Below, piece after piece: positions 13,294 to 26,456 of a stretch of 64,000 nt of DNA; position 1 is the stretch's first letter, and each line of letters begins with the position of its first letter. The position numbers and the translations under genes were made by a program. Below the pieces are notes generated by a model. That model made no database searches, had not been told where the DNA came from, and worked only from the letters and a program-made list of their open reading frames with translations. Origin of the DNA: Phaeosaccion multiseriatum (Eukaryota; Protista; Ochrophyta, other classes); contig OZ218963.1 of assembly GCA_965112735.1 (NCBI GenBank), forward strand, positions 1,364,001 to 1,428,000. Reading direction: 5' to 3'.

Positions 13294-13874
13294 TTAGCCC
13301 CCCATCCGCCCACCTTGACAACATCAAGCTTGGCCAATAGCTCGACATGTGCGTTGGATCCCGTGTCAATGCGCTCCAGCTGAGAGGTGAGGTCCTCCAG
13401 CTCCCCGTGTAGACTCTTGACGGACGACTCGACCCGATCCAGAGCACTCACAGAGCGGGGCAGCGTGGCCATCACCTCCTCCATCCCCCTCTCAATGTCC
13501 TCGTTCATCTCCGCACTCATGGCTTGGAGTTCGGTCACCACGTTGGTCAGTGAGTTGTCCAAAGCGGAGGAGGACGAGGGCAGCACACCCTTGCCTCCCC
13601 CAAGCCCGCCTGCTTTGTCGTACATTGTTTAGTTTTGGGTGAGGAGCATTAACGAACCCCAACCGCGTCAGGGTGGCAAGAGCTGCAGGGTCTTCTACTG
13701 CTGAGATCAAGGACGAGGAATACGAAACGAGAGACGCCCATTTGCCCTACCTGCCGTGGATGCGGAATGCATATCTGCCGCAACACCTGTCTGCGACAAG
13801 AGCTCATTTAACCACTGTTTCACCTCCACATCATTGCGCTTCAGTCCACTGTAGTCTGCAGCTACATTCGTCAT
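4394..13874 (-). CDS. COG7: Conserved oligomeric Golgi complex subunit 7
   Basis: Multi-exon gene. Segments include DYSGLKRNDVEVKQWLNELL, LAKLDVVK|LNMKHCMSTLSEAASWSKL, EALERCIELTAG, DWQFLQGALQLL, LPQEYMTQ|VGEHLLSLLQQLEPF and GAARLHADSSYLLNVFHAL. Stop at 4394. Confidence 0.9.
5075..5218. repeat. (CAGG)n microsatellite in COG7 intron
   Basis: Long CAGG tetranucleotide run. Confidence 0.9.
7128..7430. repeat. Degenerate (TGAGGG)n hexamer tract in COG7 intron
   Basis: GAGGGT hexamer array; G-quadruplex-prone, telomere-variant-like. Confidence 0.85.
8493..8592. repeat. 21-bp intronic tandem repeat, ~4.7 copies
   Basis: Unit AGAGTAGAGCAAGTGTGAGTA. Confidence 0.85.
11480..12250. repeat. Compound (AGAC)n/(AG)n microsatellite in COG7 intron
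   Basis: About 770 bp of mixed AGAC and AG repeats. Confidence 0.9.
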
Positions 13875-14355
13875 CTTTACTCGCCCCCTATGTTGCGATA
13901 CTCTGCGGCAGCCCGCCCTTTGCGGCCGCGACACAAAGAGAATCCAAGTAAGGGGTACACATTGGTGCTCCGCCGACTCACAAATGGCGTACACACCTCT
14001 GGACTCTTCCCCCCTTCGGCGTCTACGCGATACTGTCATTTGTGCCAGCTATCTGCCACCGCCTCAGGGCCCGGTAGCATGCTATCGAAGATAGGTCTGA
14101 AGCTCTCTACCGAAGAGTAGGTCAGTAGCGGGATAAGCTCACGTGAGCTTCGAGTCCCTCTCATGATGCACGTCGTCCGGAGTAGATGTATTTTAAAAGG
14201 ACGCCCCCCGCCCTATCTTCGCTGGCTCAGTGAGTCAGTCAGTCACAGCCACACTGCGCCATGGCAATCATTCACCAGCGCCACGAACGCACTCACTGCG
14301 CCAACAAGCATAGAGCTCGACAAAAGACAGCAAGCTACTCCCTCTGTCTGCCTCT

Positions 14356-17124
14356 CTATCGGTTGGCCTTAGCAACTCGCTCAATCTCATCCTTCTTCTT
14401 GATGGCGTAGGAGTTGGAGGAGCCCCTGGCGGCGTTGATGATCTCATCAGCCAGGCACTCGGACACCGTCTTGATGTTGCGGAAGGAAGACTCTCGAGCC
14501 CCGGTGGTGATGAGGTAGATGGCCTGCAGTCAATTAAGTCAGTTTGAGTCAATTCGAGTCAGTTGGATTGAGTCGAGGGGGGGGGGGGTGAGTGAGTGAG
14601 TGAACGAGTGGACATGGGAGGAAGAGGCACTTGCGGAGAGGGGAGCACCTCGGTGTTCGGTGTGCGGGTTGGGAGGTGGGGCAGGCATGCACGGTCGAGG
14701 CAAGGAAGGGTGGGGGGGGGGGTTCGGGGCTCTGGTACGGGGGGATACGTTCAAGTGGGGAGGAGGAAAGCCCCGATACCACTTATGATACCACCGTCAC
14801 TGCACACCAACACGAGCATCCCTTTACTTGTCTTCTCCCGTTCCGTTCCTTCTCTCCCTCCCTCTCTCTCTTGCTAGCTCCCTCCCTCCCTCTCTCTCTC
14901 TTGCTAGCGCACACAAACACAATACACACAGACACACAGACAAAAAAAAAACATGCACCCACGCACCTGGTTCACCCTTCGGAAGGGAGACAGGTCCACA
15001 GCCTGGCGGCGCACCACACCAGCGGAGCCTACGCGAGTGGAGTCCTCGCGGGGTCCGGAGTTGATGACGGCGTCCACAAGCACCTGCGTGAGTGCATGCG
15101 TGCGGGTGTGATCGTTCGTTCATGCAAGCAAAAGGGAGACGCGAGAACACTTAGTTGGGGAAATAAGCACTACCTCTCTGGCTCTGTCCATCTCTCGTCA
15201 AGGAAGGCGAGGAGGTGAGCTGGCTGCACACTGCGGAAGCATAAGGTCATTCATTCCCCATCGGCTCCCCACAAGTTGCATTCATTGGCTCCTTTCCGAC
15301 CCAAGCCTCCCCTCGAAAAGCAACGCGAACTAACCCCACATGACCACTCGGAAACACCCCCCCCCCCCTCCCTACACCACGCCCACCCACACACGCACGC
15401 ACACGCACGCACGCTCGTATACGTACCTGAACGGGGTTCTGGTCGGTGAGCAGGTGGATGATGTCAAGGGTGTTCTTGACGATGCGAGCTGCCATGAGCT
15501 TCTTTCCGGCGTTGCGACCCTTGCGCATGAGGGCAACGGTCAGCCTCTCCACAATGGGGCATGTGGCCTGTTGGGGGGGAGAGAAAAGAGGGCAGTGGGG
15601 GGGGGGGGGGGAGGGGAGAGGGGAGAAGAGAACGGAGGTTGGTTCGGGCAAGAGTTCGGGGCAGGGAGGATATACCGCGTGGCACAAGAGCAGGAGCCAA
15701 GACGAGCAGAAATGATGCCAGATGGTTGGTATCCAATTTCTACCCTCGCAACTCAGTGTGCTTCACACGCCCTTGCTCCGTTCAGTCTGACTTCCCGGTG
15801 TGCTCACTGCGCCAACCCTCACCCTGCCCTCACCCTGCCCTGCTCCCAAACCAATCTGACGCCTTTGCCGCCTCTCCCTCTCCCTCGCTACCGCTAACTC
15901 TCCTCACCTTGCGGAATCGCTTCTTCTGGTAGCGCCCGGCGGTGTGGGGAAGGAAGACGGCGTACTTGCCCTTCACGGCAATGTAGTCCTGCAGAGAAAT
16001 GTCGGTGATCTCGATCTCATCGAATGACCTGTGGGAGGGATTAGGTAGGGGTTAGGGGTTGGAGGGGCGGGGGAGGGGGGGTGGTCGTCAAGGTGGGGAC
16101 AGCGACGGAGGGGCGAGGGGGTGTACAGGAGGCACGGAGCTCTGGGAGGGGTGCCAGGGCGGGGGGGGCTATGAGCCACGCGCCACGATAGTAGATAAGA
16201 AACGGGAAGTAACAAGGGCCTCATCTCTGCTGCTGCCCCTGTTGCTGCTGCTGCTGCTGCTGTTGCTACTGGTGCCTTTGCAATCTGAAACCCGACATAT
16301 TGCCTCCGCAGACAGAGTCACGCAGGGGTGGTGTTCACCCTCTCTCTTTCCCCTTCCCCTTCTGGACTGGCGCAAAGGTGGTGCAGAAGACGGCAGACTG
16401 GCAAATACCTCCCTCCCTCGCGAGGCTCAAAGACGCGTCTCCACACCCCTCTCCCTGGTCCCCTGCCACGAATATGCTGCTCCTGTGCTGCAGAGTCCTG
16501 CTGATTCTCCCCAATTGCCAACCCAAAAGGGAGGCCGTCAACCTTTCCGATAACAATAAGGACTGCTTCCACATCGTATCTCGGAGAACCACCCAACATG
16601 CACCGACTACATAGCTCTCCAGTGCTCGTTTCCACCACGCTTTCTTATCTTCTTCTTGCCCGCCCTCAACCACCCCCCCCCCCCCCCCACCCCTTTGAAG
16701 AAGTGCCTTGCTCCACCGATGAGTCCGGGAGTCCCCGGCCACAGTATCCACCCCCTCTGCAGCTTCGCCTCCCCTCGCCCCAGCACAAGAGGATAGCCTT
16801 CAATCCCACCTCCTTGGAGAGAGCGCTGACCAGCAGCCCCAGCAAAAGCATTCTCTCTTTCTAGAGAGGAGAAGGGAGAGGAAAAAGGGGGATGGAGGGC
16901 CAGAGGCAGAGAATGGCAAAAAATAGGGAGAAACAGGCATTGCAAGCGTCGCCTATGTCACACGTACCACTTGCTGAAGAGCTGGATCTCGGTGTTAGAG
17001 ACCGCCATGGCTCCCTGTACAGACGGGGGGGAATCCTTTAATACGTCCCCAGGCAGCCATTGCTGGAAAAACACCCCCCTGGGTTTTTTCTGTGAGTCTG
17101 AATGTGGAGTGCTGTAAGCACCAT
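14356..17124 (-). CDS. RPS5: 40S ribosomal protein S5 (uS7)
   Basis: Exons encode [14 protein letters not shown]|[28 protein letters not shown]|[14 protein letters not shown]|[35 protein letters not shown]|[31 protein letters not shown] first exon ending in ATG at 17124-17122 is probable; the alternative start is 17008. Confidence 0.97.
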
Positions 17125-17165
17125 TTTCCCTTCCACAACGCGGTCGAAACCCAAATCCGGTGCCA
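17125..17165. promoter_or_regulatory. Putative very compact bidirectional promoter (RPS5 / CS-domain gene)
   Basis: Only 41 bp separate the divergent predicted ATGs. Confidence 0.45.
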
Positions 17166-18255
17166 ATGGCGAGTTCTGGACACCAGGTTCGAGGAGCTGC
17201 AGCGGCGGCTGCAGCTATGCTACTCACGAGCGACGCGCAAGCTTTTCTTCCAATGTCGTCCATTCTCGGCCCCGCCGCAACCCCCTCTCTCCACCACAAG
17301 TGCCACAGCGGCAGCAGCAGATGGGCCTCCCACAGCAGCAGCTACGCGTCCACTCTTGATCGAACGAGGGGAGGTAAGTCCTCCTTCGTCCAGGTTTGCC
17401 GAAGGACGGCTGGCAGAAACGCACGGCCTCTCAGCAGGGGGCAGGCCTCGAGACTGAGGAGGAGGAGCACTCTCGTTGCAAGAGGAGCAGGGGCCACAGA
17501 GCACTACAGCTGGACGGAGGGGAATCAGTACATCGACCTCATGGTGGAGGTGGCACCAACTTGCCGAGCCAAGGACATTGACTTTTGCGTGACGAAGGAC
17601 TCGCTCCGCCTCGGGCAGCGGGGCTCCCCATCGCCTCTAGTGTCTGGTGTGCTGAGACAAGGCGTGGCTGTCAGCGACTGCACGTGGACGCTAGATGTGG
17701 ATGCGGAGGAGCGCAAGTGGCTGTGTGTCACCCTCCAGAAGCTCTGTCCGACAGGTGACTTGAACCTTGCCCTTTCTTTGTGTGTAACAACATGTCACCA
17801 GAGTTTCAAGTCGCGTCTCCTCTTCCTCTTCCCCTTCCACCTCGAGGCGTTAAGAGGCGCCATATCTCTACCCATTCATATCTATTCTAATCAACTTGTC
17901 GTGTGATGTTCCTATCCCTCTCCTTCCTTTGTCCAAACTCACAATGATATAGGCGCAGGAGAGGAGGAAGAGGACTGGGAAGGCGTATTGGAGGGAGAGG
18001 TGCAGACCAAACTTGACTACGATGAAGAGGACTTCGATCTTCAAAAGTATCTGGAGGGGATGGGGGACTATGACAAGGACCTGGTGAGTCAAGGGAGGGA
18101 GGGAGGGAGGGAGGGGGGAGAGGGGGGGGGACTCTAGCGAGTGAGGGGGGGGGGGGGGGGCGGGGAAGGGATCCCAGGTGGTGGTGGGTGGGTGGGATCT
18201 AAGCCGTGTATGAGGCCATTTTTTGTGTGTGTCTGGTACAATTATCGTGACGCTA

Positions 18256-18288
<33 letters not shown>

Positions 18289-19330
18289 CTGTCTCTGTCT
18301 GTCTCTGTCTGTCTGGTTGTTTGTTTGTTTGTCTGTCTGTCTGTCTGTCTATCGGTCCCTCTGTCTCTGTCGGTTCTGCCTATCTGCTTGGCTTGCCTGC
18401 CCCCCACCCCCCTTCTCATCACTCACTGACAGGTTGACAAAAACATGTTCAAAGGAGTCTTCGATGACATGAGGAGCCGATTCGCAGAGAGGATGGAGAA
18501 GCAGGGCTACGACCCTGAACAAGTCAAGGACATCCTCGCCAAGCGACAGGCCGCTAAGTACAGTGAGGCGAGTAATGGCGGTGGTGCTGCCAGGGAGAGA
18601 GACGCCAGCAACGGAGCAAGTCAAGGACAGGTGAGGTACCAATCCATCCCACCTTACCTTTCAAGTTGGACATACATACGTAAATATGTAAACATGTCCC
18701 TCCCTCCACCCCTGAGTCTTCTCTTCCAATGCGATGGGCTTTTTGTTTGTGTTTGTTAGTACCGGCACATCCGCCGCTGGACATTACTTGCTTGCACTTG
18801 CTTGTATGTCCCCGAATGAGTCTCGCCCCTACCAGGAAGGAATCGGAAGGAATCTCTCTGGGGTGTGTGTGCTTGTGTTCTCTTTCTTCTCCTCCTCCTC
18901 CCTTCTCATCCGCGATTGTTTGGGGCCTGAGGGTCCATTTTTTCTCCAACGCCTTTCTTCTCACCTCCCCCCTCCCCCCTCTGCTGTATTTCTCTCCCTG
19001 TGCACATACCCTTCCCTTCCGACAATTGCTTCCACACAGCGTTCCGATACTCCATGGGTACGAGCCGACCCGGAAACCGTTGCCGAAGAGACGGGTCATC
19101 ACTACGGCATCAGCGATAAGCTTGCTCTGCTGTACGACGACTTGATGCAGAAGGGAGAGCTGGAGGAGGTGATGGAGTGTGATACAAGTCCAGTAGATGC
19201 GCTCTCAGAGAAAGAGCAACAAGCCTTTGACATTTTTGCAGCGCAAGACGGGGGCGGGCAAGAGGAGGAATGGGTGGAAGAGGAGGAGGAGGAGGGGGAG
19301 GAGACGATTGGAAGAGGGGCAGCACCCTGA
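17166..19330 (+). CDS. CS (p23/NudC-like) domain protein with putative bipartite plastid presequence
   Basis: Exons 17166-17754, 17953-18083, 18433-18630, 19040-19330. CS signature YSWTEG..IDLMVEV..AKDIDFCVTKDSLRL..LVSGVL..VSDCTWTL..LCVTLQK..WEGVL. N-terminal AQA|FLP resembles the ASAFAP motif and is followed by an S/R-rich segment. Confidence 0.8.
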
Positions 19331-19801
19331 CGGATGGGGGGCGGGTGAAGGGGAAGCAGCGGCAGCAGCAGCAGCAAGAGCAGTAGTGAGTGAGTGAGTG
19401 AGTGAGTGAGTGAGTGAGTGAGTGAGTGAGAGAGTGAGTGCACCTTATTCAAGGCGGGCAGGGGGGTGGGGGGGGGGGTTGTCCCATTGCTGCTGTTGTC
19501 TCCCGTCAGCCCGCGGAGGGGAAGTCTTTTGTGACTGTGCCCACGGAACGAATGAGCACAGTACAGTGTATAATGTATAAAGGGACGTCCCGAAGGGTTC
19601 CGTGGGACCACGCAAACACACAATCGTATCTTATTTACATCCTGAGTAGACCGCTGCGGGTCCACTCCTTGCTCATGACCCTCTCCACTGCCGGATGAGC
19701 TTACTGCAGGAGGAAGGGAAGGTGGGCTGCACCATCTCGGTCTCATCTTGGCTGCGGCTGGGCTGGGGGCTGGGCTGCGGCTGCGGCTGGATCATCGATC
19801 A

Positions 19802-20445
19802 TCAGGGAATGGGGTAATTCAGTGTGCGGTTCAGTTTTGCTATCTCTGTACGCACGTTCTGTGGAAGGGTGTCGTGGCATACAGAGGAGTGGTAGCAGCA
19901 GCGGAACAACACAGGGGATGAGGGAGGGTCAATGAAGGGTCAAGAAGGGAACCAATAGAGACTGCACCTTGCAGCAGTGCGCAAGCGGGCTGAAGGCAGG
20001 GGAGGGAGGGAGAAAGGCTTCATGAAGGGGACGCACGCACACACACACGCCCACACACACACACGCACACGCCTACACACACACGCCTACACACACACGC
20101 ACACACACACACACACACGGCTCACCTCCCTCGCAGCGTCCGACTCGATGCTCTGCAAGTGCGTGAGGACAGGGGCAAGTACCTCCAGTGCGCGGCAGTG
20201 GTAATACATCTCGCAGCGGATGAACTCCTCCAGGATGTCCTGCATGGACATTCAGGCATAAGGACACAGCACAACAGTTTGGTGGGTTTGTCGGTCGTCA
20301 TCACAAGCGGTGTGTGTGCATCTCTGAATCCGTCCGTCACGCCTTCCATGTGAAACGAGACACGCGCTCTTGTGTCACCAGCGGGCAGGCAGCAGACCAA
20401 GCCCTTCCCCCTCTCCCTGTCTTTGTGCGACTCTTTCAAGAAGCA

Positions 20446-20477
<32 letters not shown>

Positions 20478-22360
20478 AAGAAGCCCCAACGCCCGAGTTT
20501 GCCTTAGCTTGATTGATTGCCGTGCTTCCTTACCTTCATATCTTCGACCCTCTGCCCCTCGAAGAGCTCCATGTTATTGTCCACTACCTTCTCTGTGTGA
20601 GTCAGCTGCTGCTTTAGCTCGGTCATCTCTGCGTCGCTCACTGCCAGTTGCACATCCTTGCCTTGTGCTGTGTTGTGTATCCCACACGGCATGGGGAGAG
20701 GTATGGGGCGAGGCATATGGGTGAGTGTGGAATGGATGATGGGGTGGGGTAAGGTGAGGGCAGGCGTAGCAACAAGTTGTAAGGGAGAGCACGCTCAGTT
20801 ACTCTCTCTCTCCTCTCTCTATCGTTCTCTCTCTCTCTCTCTCCCTCTCTCTCTCTCTCAGTAAGCTGACCGCCATCCACCACCCCATGACCATTCCTAT
20901 TACTACTAGTACACTAGCTAGTTTAAGAGAGGCGACAGAACAGGCCATGAGAAGGCCATGAGAAGGCCGCCAGAAGGCCACCACCCCGTTTAGAGCGACA
21001 GGGAGGGCCATCACGCCGTTTCGTAATTCCTCCCTCCCATTCCGATGCGATTTCGATGCGAAACAGTAAGTGCAGCCACGCCATCAAGACATACGATTCC
21101 AAATGCCGAAACGGAAGCTGTGGAGTCCTGTCTCCGTCACATATGAACGAACAAGAAAAAGACAAACGATCATTGAGGGGGTCTACGATGTTTCATCGTA
21201 CCTTCTGCCTTATCCCTCTTGTGATGAGCGGCAATGAGAGCCCTGATGGAAGCGTCTCTATCCTTCAACAGCACCTGGAGAGGGAAGGAGGAGGAGCAGT
21301 TGCGGGGGAACACGGAAGCAAGATGAGTGTGACCAGCAACAAAGAGCGAACGCTCTTCTATCACCACCTCTCTGAGCACCATTCCGGTGTATTAGTCTTC
21401 TTCCACAGTTGGCGGCTCTCATTAATGCCGGTTCTAAGCGGCTGGGCCGGAGAGTCGCGGAGAGTCGCGGATAGCAAAGGCACCTTCTCGATTCCCCGTG
21501 CCTCTCACACCAAGGCCCCACCTCCTCACCTTGGTCGGCGATATTACCGTGTTCTGCACAAAGGCAAGCTTGTCTAGCACCTGAGACTCAGCCCTCTCGC
21601 ACATGATCTCTTTGCGCTCCAACGCTTGGCGTTCTGTAATCTCTGACAGACCCACCAGTCGGTCCTGATTGATCGGTCGAGGGAGACGTTCATAGGAGTG
21701 TGTTTCATCCGCATCAGCCAAGCCAGGCAACGGGGGGGTTCTGGTGTGTCATTACGCAGGACAAAGTGGAGGACACACAGTTCGCACAGGCGCAGAGCTA
21801 GACTGGGGAGAGAGCAATACGCTGCAGCCGGAAACAATCCCTCTCCTCCTTCCTCGTCTCCCTCGCCCCCAAAGCCTGCCACGCTTTCACGCACCTGCAA
21901 ATCTGGAAAGGGCTCCTGCGCCGCTATGTCTCGGACCCTCTCGCTGAATTTCAGAGCTGTCCCCACCCCCGCTGTGAGGCCATCCACATGCAACGACGGA
22001 GCAGAACAAGATCAAGTGGGGAGGGAAAGAAATAGAGGGGAAGCTGCGGCTTTGCTCTGGGGGAGTAGGCCAAAGAAGGGTTGGTAGGCCAGAGAGGGGC
22101 TGAGATGAGTGGCTGATACTACTAAGAAGAGAGAACAGATAAGAAGATAGAAGAGAGAGAAGAAAAGGGGGGCACGTCTGCAATACCCCACCCCTCTCTT
22201 GCCTACCTTTGTGCTGCTTGACCATTGTTGTGAGATGCTTGGAGAGCTTCTGCACATTCCGGTCGAAGAACTCCAGTCTGCCGTACATAACCTTGCCCTT
22301 CTCATCGAGCGCCATGACGCTCTTTTGCTTAAGCAAGGGATCGATTCGATGAAGTGACAT
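19802..22360 (-). CDS. FAM92/CIBAR-like BAR-domain protein (ciliary base)
   Basis: Seven phase-consistent exons, including RKEIMCERAESQVLDKL and NMELFEGQRVEDMK|DILEEFIRCEMYYHCRALEVL..LQSIESD, matching the FAM92 BAR C-terminal pattern. The last exon (NVRTEIAKLNRTLNYPIP*) is tentative. Confidence 0.72.
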
Positions 22361-22516
22361 GAAGTCAACGGTTGGCCAGCACTGGAACTGAAACTGGGTC
22401 TTGGCGCCTTCGATTATCCGCCTTCGATCCGCCTTTCCGGCCAGACGGCCTTCTACGACTGCTTTTACAGACTCCACTAAGAACCATACAGAGCTGAGCA
22501 TCCTCCCCCCCCCCTC

Positions 22517-23099
22517 ATGGAGAGAGCGGGTTGGCTTAGCCTGGCAATTGTTTTATTCTCAGCCCCTCAAGAGGTAGACGGAGCACAGTGGTCCTCAGCA
22601 AATGCAGGGCTTATGACGAGTGCGTTTGCTGGGGCTCTTCGCAGGCCTCTTGGGCAGGTCTCCCGGATGAGAAGGGTTGGTGCTTGCCGCAGCAGCAGTA
22701 GTAGTAGTAGTAGCAGCAGTAGTAGTAGCAGTACCAGTACCAGTAGCACCAAGGGCGGAAGGAGTCGAAAGCCCAACTACAAGATCCCCTTGGAGATCGC
22801 GGAGGACAGGTTTCCGACCTACCCGAATTTCAACTTCGAAGTCACGAGCGAAGATGAGCAGAAGCAAGAGGGAGAGGAGGGTCAGGCTCAGCAGCGGGTG
22901 CGCAGTGGCCTTTTGACGACTCCGCACGGGACGGTTGAGACCCCGGCCTTCATCTTTTGCGCCACCAACGCCGCCATCAAGTCGATGACTATGGAGCAGG
23001 TGCTACACATGTCCCTCCCGTTTGACATGTTCCCTGCTCGCAGCTTTTTGCCGTTCCTCTCGCTCACTCCCTGCTCTCTCTTCCCTCCCTCTCTCTGTG

Positions 23100-23134
<35 letters not shown>

Positions 23135-26100
23135 CTCGCGCGCTATCTCTCCCTCTACCTATCTCTCTATCTCTCTCGCTCACTCCCTGCTCTCTCCTTC
23201 TCTCTCTGCCTTGCCCTCCCGTCCTTCCCCGTGCCCCCCCCCCCCCTGAAGATGAAGGCCTGTGGGACTCAAATTGTGTTGAGCAACACATACCACCTCT
23301 TCGTTCAGCCTGGGCCAGAGCTCATGAAGGACATGGGGGGGCTTCAAAAGGCCACGGGGTGGGGAGGGCCGATGCTCACTGACTCGGGTGGCTATCAGAT
23401 CTTTAGCATGGGCCACGGGTCGGTATCCGATGAGATCAAGGGGAGAAGGGGCACGCAGGAGGTCTTTCAACCCAGGTAGGTAGGTAGGTAGGAAGGTAGG
23501 TAGGAAGAGAAGTAGGTAGGTAGGTGGGTAGGCAGGCAGGTAGGTATGTGGGTGGGTGGGTGGGTGGGTGGGTGGGTGGATGGGTAGGTGTTCGTGTTGT
23601 TTGGTTGCGCTGGAGGAGGGAGGGCAGGAGAGAGTGTGCAAGAGAGTGCGAGCTCGCCTGTGCTTTATTTCCCCTCTGCCCGTTTCGTGCACACCCAAAT
23701 GGGGTAAGTAGAGGGGCGAGGGGGGAATTGCCCTTTGGCCCTGCCCATGTAGCAGCCATGCATCAGCCAACCAGCCAGCCAACCAGCTAGCCAACCAGCC
23801 AGCCAACCAGCCATCGGCAACGGCGCGCCTCGCGCACGCCAACAATCAAATCACACATGCGTTGGCGAAGGAAGGGGCTTCGCTATTCGCCCCTTCCTTG
23901 CCTTCCATACGTGCCTTTCCACCTGCTGCTCTCTGTACCGCCCTCTCTCACCCTCCCTCCCTCCCTCCCTCCCTCCCCCCTCTCTTACCCTCCCTCGCTC
24001 CCTCCCTCTCGCCCTCCCTCTCGCCCTCCCTCCCTTCCTCCATCTCCTCTCGCATACCTGCAGCCTCATCAGCATCTCGGAGAGAGGGGCCCGCTTCCGC
24101 TCGTACCGAGACAGCTCCATCAAGATGCTCACTCCAGAGGTGTCCATCTCCGCTCAGAGAGACTTTGGCGCCGACCTCATTCTCGTGCTTGACGAATGTA
24201 CCCCCTTCAATGTAGACAAGGTGCCGACTGTGTCTTGACTGTGTCTTGACTGTGTCTTGACTGTGTGTGTCTTGTGCAAGAACTTGCTTGAGGCTTGACC
24301 CGCCCCAGCAACGAGGGTGTTTGTTTCGTGTATGTAGGATGGGCTGGTTTTGCGAGTGAGACTGACAGACTGACAGACTGACACAGACAAACACCACTGC
24401 TTCTCTGCGGCGGTTTGCGGATGGGTTGAAGCACATATGCGCAGTGTCCCCTTCCCCTTCCCTCTCTCCTCTCCTTTCATTGGCAATGCCCTCACCTCCC
24501 TCTCGCCCCCACCTGTTTGGATCCTCTTCATTCCTCCTCCTCCCCCTCCTTCTTCTCCTCTTCCTCCTCCTCCTCCTCCTCCTCCTCCTCCTCCTCCTCC
24601 TCCTCCTCCTCCTCCTTATTCCTCCTCCTGCTCCTCCTGCTCCTCCTCCTCCTCCTGCTCCTCCTCCTCCTCCTCCTCCGGCTCCTCCTCCTGCTCCTCC
24701 TCCTGCTCCTCCTACTCCTCCTGCTCCTCCTTATTCCTCCTACTCCTCCTCCTCCTCCTCCTCCTCCTTATTCCTCCTCCTGCTCCTCCTTATTCCTCCT
24801 TGTTCCTCCTCCTGCTCCTCCTTGTTCCTCCTACTCCTCCTCCTGCTCCTCCTTATTCCTCCTACTCCTCCTACTCCTCCTCCTCCTCCTGCTCCTCCTC
24901 CTCCTCCTCCTCCTCCTCCTCCTCCTTATTCCTCCTCCTGCTCCTCCTCCTCCTCCTCCTCCTCCTGCTCCTCCTTATTCCTCCTCCTCCTCCTCCTCCT
25001 CCTCCTCCTCCTCCTGCTCCTCCTTATTCCTCCTCCTGCTCCTCCTCCTCCTCCTCCTGCTCCTCCTCCTCCTCCTCCTCCTCCTTCTCCTCCTCCTCCT
25101 CCTCCTCTCCTCCTACTCCTCCTCCTCCTCCTCTCCTCCTCCTCCTCCTCCTCCTCTCAGTCATACACAGAGAAGAGCATGCACAGAAGCCACCGCTGGG
25201 CACTACGGAGTCTTCAGGTACGGCGCACAAGGCAGCAGAGGGACACCCTGCCCGCCCTTCAAGCACTTTTTCTCTCTCTGTGTTTCTTGCTCCTTGCTTG
25301 CCTCCATTCAAGCACTCGCACTGTGGAACTTCTGCCCTCGTCCTTCCTCTCTCTCTCTCTCTCTGTCTCTGTCTCTTGCTCCTTGCTCACCTCCACCCTC
25401 CCCGCCTCTCTCCATTTTCTTGTAACGTCGGCCGCCATGTCTGTATGGCTCACGCACCCACAAACACCCACGCACCTACAAACAGGAATTCATCAACGAA
25501 GACGACGGTAGCCAAGCGCTCTATGGAATCGTGCAGGTAAGGAAGGGTAAGGCGAAGGGTAAGGCACGCAATAGGCGCTACACAATATGCTTCACACATT
25601 GGGCATCTGTCAGATGACGATGACGACGGTATCCGTCCCACCCGCCGTCGGAGCTTTTGGGGGAGGGAAGGGAATGGGGGCGGGCCTGCCCGAGTGACCC
25701 CTGCTGTGAGAAGCATCTCCCCTCTGTCCCTTCGCTCGCAAGAGCTTCAACCGCGGAGCCAAGCTGTCTACAAACGAAAGCGTTTCGTGTTGCCTTCGAG
25801 CCTTTAAAGAAACACTGCCCCCCCCCGAATTGTGAACCCCCGTTTCTTCCTTTTGCAGGGAGGAATATATAAAGACCTGCGCCAAGAAGCCGTGGACTTT
25901 AACAACCATTGGCCCTTCTTCGGCATTGCCGTGGGGGGCAGCTTGGGAGGCGACAAACAGACAATGTACGACATCGTCAGCCAGACCATGGCGGGTGTTA
26001 AGCGCAGCAGGCCCGTCCATCTGCTGGGGGTGGGGGGGATTTCGGACATCTTCCATGGCGTCCGACAGGTAGGTGTGTGTATGTGTGTGTGTGTGTGTAC

Positions 26101-26336
26101 TTGGTAAAAGCCGTTTGTGAACACATTTGTGCGTTACACAGTTTTTCACAAGTCGTAGGGTAAAAGGGCGAGAGTAAAACAAGGCCCTTCGAGGCCTTTG
26201 TTTGACACGGAGGGAAGGGAATAGTGATGTTCATGAGAGGAAGGCAAGCAGGAGAGGGGACGGGCGGTCTCAGCGGGCATTGACTTTTGCCCGCCGGGGG
26301 GGAAGGGAAGGGAAGCGATTACGCCCCGATCCTCTC

Positions 26337-26373
<37 letters not shown>

Positions 26374-26386
26374 GTCTCTGTCTGTC

Positions 26387-26456
<70 letters not shown>

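Noticed and set aside
15710-15792. C/D-box snoRNA-like ATGATG...CTGA in an RPS5 intron
   Set aside because: Antisense to the host gene, imperfect C box, and no terminal stem or recognisable rRNA guide.
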